This document shows, in pieces, positions 41,794 through 55,301 of a stretch of 64,000 nt of DNA. How positions within the stretch are numbered: position 1 is the stretch's first letter; the number at the start of each line of letters is the position of its first letter. The stretch comes from Macrostomum lignano (lineage: Eukaryota): contig NIVC01003360.1 in the NCBI GenBank assembly GCA_002269645.1, positions 1 through 64,000 of the forward strand, given 5' to 3'. Below the pieces are notes generated by a model, which saw only the letters and a program-made list of their open reading frames with translations, did not search any database and was not told where the DNA came from. A program made the position numbers and the translations under genes.

Positions 41794-44235
41794 ATGAAGT
41801 TCTTTAAGCCTAAATTTGCTTGCAACAAGCAATCAGCGCAGGCTCCACAACCGCAAGCCGCCGCTGTAGCAGCTGCTAGTGTTGATGAATCAGTTCAAGA
41901 TCTCTCTAAATCGCAGGATACTACTCAGTCTACAGATAAGCAGCAGCCAGTATCCAAGTCTTTGCCAAGCTCGACTGCCACTGCGGCTGATTCTGTTGAT
42001 GCAGTCACGCAGCCGCCAGTCAATGCTAGTGGCAAGAAGGAAAGCGAAGCCGCTTGCGCTATGATCACGCTGAGCACAAGTGGCGATCAGCATCCAGCTA
42101 CTCGTAAGCCAACGGTACCAAATGTTACATCTGTTGACTTAGATGATGGCGTCGATGAACAGCTGCTGTCCGATGGCGGCGAAGAGGCGGACGACGAGTG
42201 CGAAGAGGAATCCAAATCGGCGCCAACTTTGGCTAGCGGTGCCGATGGCAGGGTTGGCGGCAAGTATGGCTCCGTTATGACGCTGTTTCAACGGAAACGA
42301 CCAGTGCATCATCAACAACAACATCAGCAGCAACAGCAACAGCAACAGCAACACTTGCAGAATCTGCAACAGCAAGTAGCTTCTAACGCTTCGTTGCAGG
42401 CCAAGCGTATGGATAATAACGGCGCAGGCCTGCGCACTATGCGGATGCGAGACCTGATCTATTGGTGAGCTGGAAGTTCAAATTGATTATTAATGTTTAA
42501 AAAGTTTAATATCTACGTGCTTTGGGGGTTTGGCACCGTTGAAAAGGTTATTGTGACAAGAATCGGTTACAGAGTCATTGCAAACAACTCACTAGTAGTT
42601 GGCTCTGGGGCGACTCTGGTGACTTTCTAACGACTTGCAGAATATCATCCATGAGTCGTTGTTTTGGCGCTTAACTTTCTACTAACTGAAGTAAACGTTT
42701 TTTTGGATCTGCTTGCCAACAGAGTTGTATAAATCAGACTTGCACTTCTGAGCTGTCGCCTGTGATTTGCATCACAATGCCCAAACCTCCATGGTCCCAT
42801 TTGTTTGTTTTTTCTTCAGGTGTCCAAAGGATCAGCCGCCGCCAAAGTGGCGCCGCGAATCTGGAGGTCAGCAGTCAACGGGTTCGTTGATGCCGACCGC
42901 TGACAACTCAGCAGCAGCAGCCAGTCAGCAACAACAGCAGCAGCAGGCCGAGCCTCAATCGTCAGTGAAAACCGAATCTACCACAGCAGCCCGAATGGCA
43001 CCTCAAGTGATGCTGGACAGTCGCGGCAATATTGTACTTAACGAAGAGTCATTGTATATTCGAGAGTCGGCTCCGGCTATTGTTGAAGAGGTGCGCGAAG
43101 ACTGCGCCGAGCTGAGGGCCACTTATCGAAGCTTCCGGAATGTCGGCGGCCGTGGCGCCGCCACCCGTGGCCGGCAGTGGAGCTGCAAGGAGACTCTGCG
43201 ATTCTACAAAGCCGTGAGCACAATTGGAACGGATTTCTCCTATATGGCCAGCTTGTTCAAGGGCCGGTCGAGGGAGGAGTTAAAGGTGAGTTCTGCCCAT
43301 TCCGTTGAGTCATGAGCACATGCTGTAAGCGCGACAATACTGTCGCAGACACACGCTCGCACAGGGTGTTGAGCGGCCCTGACTTTCTAATCGACAGACC
43401 AATGTATTCTGTGTGTCTTGGATGCTGACCCTCATGCCCGTTGAAAACGTTACTATGACAAGAATCGCTAGAGTCATTACAAACAACTCACTAGTGACTC
43501 TAGTGACTTTAGGGCGACTGTTGAGTCACCTCGAATGAAATCGAAACAACTGGGTTGTAGCGCGAGAGTCAGACGCGTTTGCCGTTAAGCTGATCTGCCC
43601 CTTACCCCGTGTCTATTAATAGATTCTCAAAGCTTATAGATTTTTCGGGCAGACAGAGACAGTCTAAGACTAAGACATAATAATGACACACTAAGTCTCA
43701 TTCATCAGGACACACCAAGACACGAACAATACTAAGTAACATGAAGGCACAAACAACACTAAGACACACCAAGACACAAAAAATACACTGAGACACATGA
43801 AGACTCTCTGAGGCACATAATACAAGCATACCGTATAAAAAGACAAAGCACATCAGGATTACAGCAAATCTAATCAATTATTTATTATAATTTCACCCAC
43901 AGCGAAAATACAAACGCGAAGAAAAAGCCAATCCGCATCTCATCGATCAGATGTTAAAGAAGCGCAAACACTACGATTTGAGCATGTTTGAGCTCAGCTC
44001 GGACTCAGACACGGGCGCCGATGCAAAGTCCAACTCAGGGTCCGTCAGCGGACAGAAGGCCGCCAAGTTTGGCTCGGGCGGCGGCCAAGCAGCAGCCAGT
44101 AAGCCGTCTGACATTGTCATGGAGGGTCTTAAACGGCACCTTCAGTTGAAGAACAGCGCCGGTGCCAGCAGCAAGAAGCAACAACAGCAGAAGCAGGTGG
44201 AACAGCAAGATCAAACTGTGACGGTTGTTATCTAA
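41794..44235 (+). CDS. BDP1: TFIIIB subunit B'' (Bdp1), three exons: 41794-42464, 42820-43285, 43903-44235 (489 aa)
   Basis: GT-AG junctions join in frame. MRMRDLIYWCP, APQVMLDSRGNIVLNEESL and the SANT/Myb domain WSCKETLRFYKAVSTIGTDFSYMASLFKGRSREELKRKYKREEKANPHLIDQML are all Bdp1 hallmarks. Confidence 0.88.
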
Positions 44236-44282
44236 TTAATCTGGCCCTAAATTGTTCACCGCGCTGAAATTCGTAAATCTAC

Positions 44283-44560
44283 TTTGAGGTCAGAAAGGTT
44301 TAGGAACATTTGAAGGTCAGAAAGGATTAGGAACATTTGAAGGTCAGAAAGGATTAGGAACATTTGAAGGTCAGAAAGGGTTAGGGACATTTGAAGGTCA
44401 GAAAAAGTTACAAACACTTTAAGATCATAAATAGGACCATTTAAAGGTCAGAATGCGTTAGGAACACTTGAAGGTCATGAAAATTCTAAGCTGAGTTTGA
44501 AACTCCTAAAGGTCAGTAAGATTTAGGAGCTCTTAAACATTAAACTAGGTTAGAAACGTT
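44283..44560 (+). repeat. 27-bp degenerate minisatellite (GGTCAGAAAGGATTAGGAACATTTGAA)
   Basis: Period 27 at 44288/44315/44342. Confidence 0.8.
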
Positions 44561-45589
44561 TAAAGTTCAGTGATAGATTAGGATAGCTAACTACCACTAT
44601 TGTCTTGCTATAGGGCGGTAATGAAAAGTTATTTACATGTAATTAAATAAAAAATGAATTAGATTTTTTGTTTAACTCCTGGTTTGAACTTATCCTGCTT
44701 ACTATTATCTAAGTATAATAGTTAATTGCTAACTGCAATAAGTAAGTATCGATAAAGCGATCTCTCAGGCGTTGTGATGATATTAATATTGCAATTATTA
44801 ATTTTGTTCTATCTTGCTATTATTTAATTCATTCGCTTATTTGCATTAGCTGTTTCATTTTTATCATGTAAAACACACCTGTAATAGAGGTATTTCTGTC
44901 GATTGTGTTGAAATAAAATTAAAAAATAATGCCCCCTGCTCAAGGTTATGGTAAAATGTTATTATACAGGTGGTTGGTTCGTTATTGTATCTTATAATGC
45001 CACGCTAATTGACACGTACTTAACCTCTGTACTGGGATCCGTCTCTGATAGTTATAAAAATGCAGTAATGAAAGACGTGTAAATCAAAACCTGACGATTT
45101 TTATAACTTAAAATCAAACACCCATTTTTTCAGACAACTTTGTACATATTAACTGTCGTTTAGTGTTAACCTTCTGTTGAAATTTAATTAATAAGTATTC
45201 CATTTTGTCTCTGTCCATTGCCTAAACTTATTTTATTTTATTTTAGTTTGTCGTCTTGGCAGTTGATAGGCTATTTACATTTTTCCGGATGCTAATCATG
45301 TACTTTGACCGCATTGGACTATTATCAAAGTGTCGGAGTTAAGTACCTTGTGTGCACTGTTTTTGCCAGCTTTTTTGTCCAGTGATTATAAAAAAATAAA
45401 TCACAGTTTCTACTAAAAGTGAATTGAAATTAAAATTATAGGCTTCGACTGGTTGCTTTGTCACCTTCTTTGGCATGGTTGCTTGCGTGTGCACTGCGGT
45501 GTTCGATCCAATCACATTGGCTGAATTTACTGATGAATAAAATCTATTTATTTAATTCGAAACACTTTATCTTTGCATTTTTTATTCTT

Positions 45590-47390
45590 TTACACCCTAG
45601 ACACCGGATTTTACACCCTAGACATCGGGTTTTACTTCCTAAACATCGGGTTTTACACCCTAGACACCGGGTTTTACACCCTAGACACCGGTTTTACACC
45701 CTAGACACCGGGTTTTACACCCTAAACACCGGGTTTTACACCCTAGACACCGGATTTTACACCCTAAACACCGGGTTTTACACCCTAGACACCGGGTTTT
45801 ACACCCTAAACACCGGATTTTACACCCTAGACACCGGGTTTTACACCCTAGACACCGGATTTTACACCCTAGACACCGGTTTTACACCCTAGACACCGGG
45901 TTTTACACCCTAAACACCGGCTTTTACACCCTAAACACCGGGTTTTACACCCTAGACACCGGGTTTTACACCCTAGACACCGGGTTTTACACCCTAGACA
46001 CCGGATTTTACACCCTAAACACCGGGCTTTACACTCTAAACACCGGGTTTTACACCCTAGACACCGGGTTTTACACTGTAGACACCGGGTTTTACACTCT
46101 AGACACCGGGTTTTACACTCTAGACACCGGGTTTTACACTCTAGACACCGAGTTTTACACTCTAGACACCGGGTTTTACACTCTAGACACCGGGTTTTAC
46201 ACTCTAGACTCCGGGTTTTACACTCTAGACACCGGGTTTTACACCCTAGACACCGGGTTTTACTTCCTAAACATCGGGTTTTACACTCTAGACACCGGGT
46301 TTTACACTCTAGACACCGGGTTTTACACCCGAGACACCGGGTTTTACACCCTAGACACCGAGTTTTACACCCTAGACACCGGGTTTTACACTCTCGAGAC
46401 ACCGTGTTTTACACCCTAGACACCGGGTTTTACTTCCTAAACATCGGGTTTTACACTCTCGAGACACCGGGTTTTACACCCTAGACACCGGGTTTTACTT
46501 CCTAAACATCGGGTTTTACACTCTAGACACCGGGTTTTACACTCTAGACACCGGGTTTTACACCCTAGACACCGGGTTTTACACCCTGGACACCGGGTTT
46601 TACACCCTAGACACCGGATTTTACACTCTAGACACCGGGTTTTACACCCTAGACACCGGGTTTTACACCCTGGACACCGGGTTTTACACCCTAAACACAG
46701 GGTTTTACACCCTAGACACCGGGTTTTACATCCTAAACACCGGGTTTTATACCCTAGACACCGGATTTTACACCCTAGACACCGGGCTTTACACTCTAAA
46801 CACCGGGTTTTACACCCTAGACACCGGGTTTTACACTCTAGACACCGGGTTTTACACCCTAGACACCGGGTTTTACACCCTGGACACCGGGTTTTACACT
46901 CTAGACACCGGGTTTTACTTCCTAAACATCGGGTTTTACACTCTAGACACCGGGTTTTACACTCTAGACACCGGGTTTTACACCCGAGACACCGGGTTTT
47001 ACACCCTAGACACCGAGTTTTACACCCTAGACACCGGGTTTTACACTCTCGAGACACCGGGTTTTACACCCTAGACACCGAGTTTTACACCCTAGACACC
47101 GGGTTTTACACTCTCGAGACACCGGGTTTTACACCCTAGACACCGGGTTTTACTTCCTAAACATCGGGTTTTACACTCTAGACACCGGGTTTTACACTCT
47201 AGACACCGGGTTTTACACCCTAGACACCGGGTTTTACACCCTAGACACCGGGTTTTACACCCTGGACACCGGGTTTTACACCCTAGACACCGGATTTTAC
47301 ACCCTAGACACCGGATTTTACACCCTAGACACAGGGTTTTACACCCTAGACACCGGATTTTACACCCTAGACACCGGGTTTTAAACCCTA
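45590..47390 (+). repeat. 21-bp minisatellite ACACCGGGTTTTACACCCTAG
   Basis: About 85 tandem units; source of the spurious CKTRCLG ORFs. Confidence 0.95.
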
Positions 47391-47515
47391 ATATTTTTAC
47401 CCTAAACTTCAGGCCTAGATTTTGCACTCTCATCCTAGTCACTATATCTAAACCGCAAGGCACTGTACATTCGATCTAAGCTGAGTTAGTCTGGCACCAA
47501 TATTTCTCGCTGAAG

Positions 47516-49665
47516 GCCTCCCTGCTGCTGAAAGCCCAACTGGAGGGGGTGACGAGCCTCCGACCTGTCGGCGACGACTTTCGCTGGTACATCCGTCTCC
47601 GCTGCCTCAATTGCGGCGACGAAACGCCCGAATTAGTGTACGTCTGCCTGGACGAGGAGCACGAGATCCATGGCAGTCGGGGTACGGCGCATCTGGTCAT
47701 CAAGTGCAAACTGTGCCACCGAGAGAACACGCTCAGCATCCTGCCTGACAGCATTGCCTCGTATGACTTGGATGATTCTAACAAATTCAAATCTATTGTC
47801 GTATTCGATTGCAGAGGAGTTGAACCGACCGAATGGAGTCCGCGGATTGGCTGGGCCTGCGCTGGAGCAGAAACTGGCACCCAGTTTCCCGAGGTGAGGC
47901 TCTGACTGAGATGGAATGTGATGAAGATTGGGATTGGACAGGGACACTAGAAACAGCGTAACTAAGACTAAGTACGCTTAGTACGGGAAGACTAAGTATG
48001 AAGGATATTTGAAAGGATGTATCAGAAACATAGGAAAGAATGTGTCAGAAGTATGTTAAGAAGCATGTGTCAGGAGTGTGTTGGGAAGCATGTGTCAGGA
48101 GTATGTTGGGAAGCATGTGTCAGGAGTGTGTTGGGAAGCATGTGTCAGGAGTGTGTTGGGAAGCATGTGTCAGGAGTGTGTTGGGAAGCATGTGTCAGGA
48201 GTGTGTTGGGAAGCATGTGTCAGGAGTGTGTTGAGAAGCATGTGTCAGGAGTGTGTTAGGAAGCATGTGTCAGGAGTGTGTTGGGAAGCATGTGTCAGGA
48301 GTGTGTTGAGAAGCATGTGTCAGGAGTGTGTTGGGAAGCATGTGTCAGGAGTATGTTGGGAAGTATGTGTCAGGAGTGTGTTGAGAAGCATGTGTCAGGA
48401 GTGTGTTGGGAAGCATGTGTCAGGAGTGTGTTGGGAAGCATGTGTCAGGAGTGTGTTGGGAAGCATGTGTCAGGAGTGTGTTGGGAAGCATGTGTCAGGA
48501 GTGTGTTGGGAAGCATGTGTCAGGAGTGTGTTGGGAAGCATGTGTCAGGAGTGTGTTGGGAAGCATGCGTCAGGAACATAGGAAAGAATGTCAGAAACAT
48601 AGGAAAGAATGTCAGTAACATAGGAAAGAATGTCACGAACATAGGAAAGAATGTCAGGAACATAGGAAAGAATGTCAGGAACATAGGAAAGAATGTCAGG
48701 AACATAGGAAAGAATGTCAGAAACATAGGAAAGAATGTCAGGAACATAGGAAAGAATGTCAGAAACATAGGAAAGAATGTCAGTAACATAGGAAAGAATG
48801 TCAGGAACATAGGAAAGAATGTCAGGAACATAGGAAAGAATGTCAGGAACATAGGAAAGAATGTGTCAGGAGTGTGTTGGGAAGCATGCGTCAGGAACAT
48901 AGGAAAGAATGTCAGAAACATAGGAAAGAATGTCAGTAACATAGGAAAGAATGTCACGAACATAGGAAAGAATGTCAGGAACATAGGAAAGAATGTCAGG
49001 AACATAGGAAAGAATGTCAGGAACATAGGAAAGAATGTCAGGAACATAGGAAAGAATGTCAGGAACATAGGAAAGAATGTCAGGAACATAGGAAAGAATG
49101 TCAGGAACATAGGAAAGAATGTCAGGAACATAGGAAAGAATGTCAGGAACATAGGAAAGAATGTCAGGAACATAGGAAAGAATGTGTCAGGAGTTGGTTG
49201 GGAAGAATGTGTCAGGAACATAGGAAAGAATGTCAGTAACATAGGAAAGAATGTCAGGAACATAGGAAAGAATGTCAGTAACATAGGAAAGAATGTGTCA
49301 GGAGTTGGTTGGAAAGAATGTCAGTAACATAGGAAAGAATGTCAGGAACATAGGAAAGAATGTGTCAGGAGTATGTTGGGAAGAATGTCTGAGAAACAAT
49401 TCGAAAGGATGTTTGATAAAAATTTTGGGAATTGTGTCAGGAAATTTGGAGTATACAAGCAAGAATGTCTCTTAGAAACGCGGCTGTTCACAAATTTTAA
49501 AAACAAAATTCTCTTATTAGAAATTTTTTGAAAAATTCCTCTGCAAACCCGTTTGTCGTCACGCAGGTGAACCTGACTGAACTTGACTGGTCCGACTTCG
49601 ACGAGAAGGCCAAGGCGTCTGTTGGTGTCTATGAGGTTGAGTACAAGTTCACGCATACCAAGTAG
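47516..49665 (+). CDS. CZIB: CXXC motif-containing zinc-binding protein (UPF0587/DUF866); exons 47516-47893 and 49567-49665, first micro-exon not located
   Basis: LKAQLEGVTSLRPVGDDFRWYIRLRCLNCG...KCKLCHREN...FDCRGVEP...|VNLTELDWSDFDEKAKASVGVYEVEYKF matches C1orf123/CZIB; GT-AG junctions are in phase 0. Confidence 0.9.
48030..49390 (+). repeat. Intronic composite minisatellite: 25-bp TGTGTCAGGAGTGTGTTGGGAAGCA and 21-bp TGTCAGGAACATAGGAAAGAA
   Basis: Two unit types share TGTCAGGA and alternate in blocks inside the CZIB intron. Confidence 0.93.
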
Positions 49666-50434
49666 GAATTGAGCGAGACATAGCAACCGTTACTAAGGCT
49701 TGTGTTGTTTGATCTGCTGACAATTGCACGATCTTGTTTTCTTTAATTAGTTAAATTATTAACTATAATACATGAATGATGCTGAACCCAGTGATACTGG
49801 TGCATATTAGTGTGCTATCATTGTCACTTATAATTCAAATTGATGTAATTAATAAAGCTAGGTTACTGATAAAAATATATACGCTAATTTGCAGCTTAGC
49901 TGTAAGTACCTACATGTTGAATAGACTTCATAAGTTTATTGCTGAATGTTGATTAAATCGGTGATGGATTATGACAAATATACGCAAATACCAAATCGAG
50001 TTTAACCTTTGATGTCTGTGCCAAAATGCCATGAAGTATTTTTTTATTTCTATTATTTGTTTTAAATACTGCAGTGTTCGAAGATTTTATGGTACTGGTT
50101 GATTTTTGGACTGAATAAGCTGTGATTTATCGATCTGACGGAGCGCATGTACTCTTATTATCACATCAGGATGAGCTGGAAGTCTCAACTAATTAACCAC
50201 TCGATGCGTCCGTCTTGAAGACAGGCAGTGACTGCGCTATGTACATGTAGAGATCAATGGCTGGACTAGCTTGTATCAAGGATGAAGGTATAATTATACT
50301 CTTGGTAGCAATTGCACCTAGCGGATTTCTAGATTACCGATAAAGTTGGTCAAGGACTACTAACTATTAACTCGTGTTGTCACGCAACAAAAGTTAAGCA
50401 ACAATTTTAAAGCTATAATTTCAGTATCACGTGT

Positions 50435-50770
50435 GTAGGCGTAGCCTAGTGATTAGAGAGCGTCGAACTCGATCACGACTGAAAGGTCTGGGGTTCGATT
50501 CTTGACCCACTGGGAACAATTAGTGTCCATGAGCAAACATCTAACTCTGCATTGCATATCAGTTCACCCAGCTGTAAATGGGTGCCAGCATTAGCTGAGG
50601 TAATTGAGGCTGTGTGGCGACTGATACGCCGCACAATAGCTGCGGCTGAGCTGCTGGTTGCACAACGCTTTAAGAAGTCCCAGACATCCCCGATGGGGTT
50701 TGACTTTGATGGCCTGTTTAAATCGCAGCCTGAGTTAGCGAGGGTTAGCTAGCTGATGCTGAGGATGTAC
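50435..50770 (+). mobile_element. tRNA-derived SINE with CORE-like central domain
   Basis: A-box TAGCCTAGTGATT, B-box GGTTCGATTC, then GTGTCCATGAGCAAACATCTAAC...CACCCAGCTGTAAATGGGTGCCAG; related copy at 59150-59402 on the minus strand. Confidence 0.7.
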
Positions 50771-51947
50771 CTCTATAAATCTCACAGAATATAGAAATCT
50801 ATATACTGCTTCTGTGTACAATCTCTGCTCCATAGGACGAAGCATCGAATTGGAATCAATGACGAACCAAAAGGTTCATGACTAAATTTGTTAAAGCGTG
50901 TAATATTTTTGAATAGAAAGAAATTGGTAGCACTGCAGCAGAAACAGTATATAAGGCTGTTTTATGTGTATGTGGAAATTTATTTGCTAGCTAATAAAAA
51001 TTTGACGTGAAGCAATAAAGAACGCTATGATGTGCACGTACAGTAACTGAGCAACCATCAGAATGTTACTAATAAAACATTAATTACTTGGACTACTTAA
51101 ACTGGATGTACACCTAGCAACAGGTTAAAGTTTTTTTCAGAACTCAGCCCCAACTAACACAATTCAAAACTACACCACAAGGCCCTGTCTGGCTTAGGTT
51201 GATGAGGTCTGAGGAGAGGGTTTGGAGGTAGAGTGTGATTAATGCTGTCACTGGTTTTGGCCCTTTGGGTGAAATTTCAACATGTTGCTTAGTGCACGTA
51301 TACTCGCTTGTGACTCAAATAATAACTATATATGTATTACATCTCGCATGTATATTATAGTAGTGAAGTGAAAAGCAAAATAGTAACGAGTAAAATTTGC
51401 CTCGAGTGAAATGCAGCCATGCCTCATCAATACAAATATGTTATAACACCTAATTGACGATTAAAATTTGCAAAATATCGAAGGTTTTTTCTTACGACAA
51501 ACGCCGATCCTCAATTTGCATGTACCGTAACTAATTTGTTTATTAACAGAAGTCTCCATTCCGAAACCAGTGATCGACAAGTGACAAGCTTTATTCCACC
51601 CAACTCCAGCCATAGCGCCCTTCACTCTCTCCTCATCAGGCCTAAGCTTGCTTGGAGGGCCTTTTTGAGGCAAATTACATCACCCGCATTTGACACGAGG
51701 GGCTGAGATCTAAGAATACTTGATCCACTGGTTTCGGAGGTGATAACTTTAGCATGCCACAGAGTGTGCCTTTCATCTCGAAGTTTGTATAACTGAGCTA
51801 AATTACAGGCTATCACCTTGATTTTATTAGATTCAATGTCAGAAATTTTGTTTGCATCGTCATTTCGACTTTTTTGAATTGTTTGTTTCGCAAATAGTCT
51901 AGTAACTAAGTGACTCCGAATGATTGTGCAGTCCAGCAGCCAATCAG

Positions 51948-53081
51948 TCACAGATAAGTAGACAGGGAAGCAGTGTTATTGTCAGACACTGGCAAAACGT
52001 CACTGCAAGAAGTACAACGCGGAGGATCACTGCTGTTGATGGCACCCCTGCCAAATCCAGTTCTAATCGAATTGATTCTTTTGCAAGTGTTGCAGACTCG
52101 ACCAACACAACCGGGTTTTGGTCGATAATCACTCGATAGAGTCATGGTTTTCGACAGTGCCATACCAGAGCCGCGACCGAATGAAAATGTTTTGTTGGCA
52201 CTAGCGGTAACACCGGTACTACTGGTAACACCGGGATTATACTGGTGGTTGGAATCTGCTGTCAGTGTTGATTGACACCGACTAGGCGATTGAATAATTG
52301 ATAGCTCGGCTGCCACCAAGTCAATTAGCAACAATTGCAGCTCTTGCAGTCGATGCTGACTATCGTCGGGACGTTTTCGAAGATGAAACTCGCTGCCATC
52401 GTCCATGAGTGAGTAGCCCATTGCTTCAAGCAGTCTGCTGTAGCCGGGCAATTTGAACAGACTGTGCACAGCGAATCCGCTGTAGCAACTAATCGAATTC
52501 AACTGTGTCTTCCAAGGGAACAACAGTAAGTTTGCTAGCATGCGCTGAAGGCATTGTATTGTTGAAATGGCGCAATAGCGATCGTCAGTCAGGTTGCTAT
52601 TTTTAATCTGGAGGTTTTTATGAGGAGGTTGGGGCTAGTATACATACTGTGGAAGTATGGGTCTGAATACATTTATGCACATCTGTGCTCTGATATAAAC
52701 GAAATAAACATAGCTATCTTCTTGCCTACTTTCTGGCTGGGTGTTTGAATTTCGTGTTGGTTATTAAAGACTTATTAATTAATAGCCCAATATAATAAAG
52801 GCTGATTCTAAAGGTAAATTTAATGTATTTGTAAGCATTCAATGCTACCACTATAAAGTAACCTGTGTGAAAATTAAAAAAAGAAAACTTACATGTTGAA
52901 CAGTTTTTGCTACATCAACATTGCACAAAACTGGCAAGCCATCAAATTTATATATTAATATACAGTTAGTAGCTTCATTGTGAAATGAGCTAATACTGCA
53001 AGGCCAATATTGTTGCTGGTTCTTTTGCTGATCATGTAGCCACTGAATTCGTTTTTGCTTTACATTAGAAGCTGAAGACAT
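51948..53081 (-). CDS. SPATA2/tamozhennic-like PUB-domain protein with C-terminal Cys cluster; exons 53081-52893 and 52607-51948 (282 aa)
   Basis: NLLLFPWKTQLNSISCYSGF...LEAMGYS matches the SPATA2 PUB-like motif (NLLLFPWKKEF..IKTY.G). CNTC...CTSC follows. GTAAGT donor and CCAG acceptor are in phase 0. Confidence 0.7.
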
Positions 53082-53266
53082 TGGCTCTGGAATTGATAGT
53101 TTACATATATATAATTAAAATGGAAAATCAAATTAAATAATTCTATTTGGCACTAGATTCAATATCAAACAAGCCAGCCTATGAAACAAGTAAGAAATTT
53201 GTAATAAAAATATTAAAAGGGAAATAGAAAATTAAAATTTAGCATTAAAACAATGATGTATAAATT

Positions 53267-53438
53267 CATGCTTGGGCGCAACCTTGGGATTCACCCGGCC
53301 GTTTCTATTGGCAACACACACATGTAAGTCACTATTGGACAGAATAGTAGTCACGTGACTGCTCTCAGCCAATAGCGACTTACATGTGTGTGTTGCCAAT
53401 AGAAACGGCCGGGTGAATCCCAAGGTTGTGCATGTATG
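53267..53438. mobile_element. Palindromic MITE-like element, copy 2
   Basis: Homologous to 40288-40459. Confidence 0.75.
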
Positions 53439-54977
53439 TATAAATTTCTATATATTCTAGAATCTATCTAGGAGCTTAGTTCCTAGGCCTAACCTAAGAC
53501 CTAAATCAATAGTGCAACAATAAAATCAATAATGGGAAGGAAGGCAGATCTATAAAAGATAAATCTAATCATACATGCGCAATAGTCGGCCGAGTCAGCC
53601 GATCTGGCCAACTGATTTGGCGGCCAAACAAGGAAGTCGCAAAAACGCCCACCCAAAAAAATACCCAAGTAGTAGTACTAAATAGCTGATGAAGCATTTT
53701 GACTTAAAAGGACAGTCATAGTTACTCCTGCTGTTTACCCAAAGTAGCATTAATTTTGCTTTATGCTACTTATGCTAGGGTTTTTACATGTACTACTACT
53801 ATGTCATTTTTTACTACGTTGCATTTTTGTTAAAACTAAGTCGCATGGCTGACTGAATTTTGGAGGTTGCGCAGGTATGAATCTAATATAAATAAAGATA
53901 GAGTTAATTTATGCCTATAAACCCTAGAGGCCTATTAGGCTATACTTTTTCATAAAAAAATACTTTTTTTGCTGGAATTTCATTTATATAAATGAATGAA
54001 TAATGTTGAATATTTATTTAGCTAAAGTAAAAATGGATAAAAATGATAACTGATATAGACACATAGGCCTATACATAATTTTTTTTCTTTTTTAGCTTAT
54101 TAAGCTAATACTTCTTTATTAAAAATAAGTGCTTTTAAAGGCTAATTGTTTTGTAAAACTACAATTTGGTTAAACAATAAATTCTCAAGAGATCTTTGAT
54201 TATTTGACAAAATATCTTATAGAAGTAGTCTAGAACTTGACAATTTTTAAGTAAAGAGTACATTAATACCCAAGGTATATGAACTTTTCATTTGGCTTTA
54301 GTATTATGTCTAATATTATAGGATAGGCCTATATATAGCCAAGCCAAGGCTATTTTGGCTATAGCTAAAGCAAGCCATTTTTTAATAAAATTCCATTTTG
54401 GCGAACTGGCTTATGCAAAAGCAAAACCTTTTTCTATTTAAATTTTTTTCATGGTCAAATAGACCATTTAAAAATATGAGATTAGTAAATAAGCTTCTTT
54501 ATCAATATTCTCCTTGCAAAAAAATCAATTTAGTATCATCCATTGTAATAGGCAAATACACTATTATTAAATATTCTAGTAATAAGTCTTACTAAATTAT
54601 TTTTAGGCCTATTAATACTCTCTAATCAGCAATGCGGTATGCGGAAATACCCATGTTGGTGTAATTTGAACTACAAACTAGGCCGATGAATTCAGAAATT
54701 GCAATGCAGTTTGTGCGCACTGGCCCGGAGTATAGTAAGTGCCAAATAAATCCAAACGGTTTGACTGGTGTTAAAGACTAACTGTAAATCGTGGCTTTAT
54801 TCAAACGATTAAAATATGTTTAACTGTTGTTTGAGTTATGTTCAAAGCCACGATATTAAATGGCGCCGATTTAAATATCGTATAAATGAAAGCCCTGCAG
54901 CGCGCAATCATATGGGCAATGAGACACTCGAATAAATTAAATTTTGTGTACAGATACTTGTAGAGACGATATGCAAA

Positions 54978-55301
54978 ATGCAACTACTGAAAAAAGAGAA
55001 AAACAGAACTGTGCTTGATATAATCAGAGCCATGGTTGAGTTTGATCAAGGCAACGATACTACCGACCGTTTTTTACCACAACCGGGTCCAACAACAGCA
55101 ACTGTGACTGATATTAGGCGAGATTCGAATCCTCAATATGTTCGAACGTATTCAGTAGCTGATATTGCGATTGTTGCAGCTATTTTTATTGTTGTAGTTC
55201 TGTCGTTAGCTGTCGTATTCGTCCTGCGACGACGCCAAAACTGCGGCTCAGGCTCAGTCTGCATCTGTACACAGCGAGAAGATTCCGATGTGCAACTTTA
55301 G
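54978..55301 (+). CDS. Possible exon encoding a single-pass membrane segment
   Basis: Thr/Pro-rich stalk, hydrophobic IAIVAAIFIVVVLSLAVVFVL, then an RRR stop-transfer; upstream frame interrupted. Confidence 0.35.
   Translation: MQLLKKEKNRTVLDIIRAMVEFDQGNDTTDRFLPQPGPTTATVTDIRRDSNPQYVRTYSVADIAIVAAIFIVVVLSLAVVFVLRRRQNCGSGSVCICTQREDSDVQL

Noticed and set aside
45458-47463. Cys-rich CKTRCLG repeat proteins
   Set aside because: A 21-bp minisatellite open in several frames and on both strands; no non-repetitive coding context.
48017-49475. NIGKNVR / CQECVGKH repeat ORFs
   Set aside because: They lie within the CZIB intron and derive from 21/25-bp repeats.
50435-50520. tRNA gene
   Set aside because: A and B boxes are present but there is no complete cloverleaf, and it continues into a shared SINE body (also at 59150-59402).
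50863-50878. CGAACC-AAAA-GGTTCA, resembling arm A of the viral double hairpin
   Set aside because: Single arm with a 4-nt loop and no arm B or AT flanks; plausibly chance.
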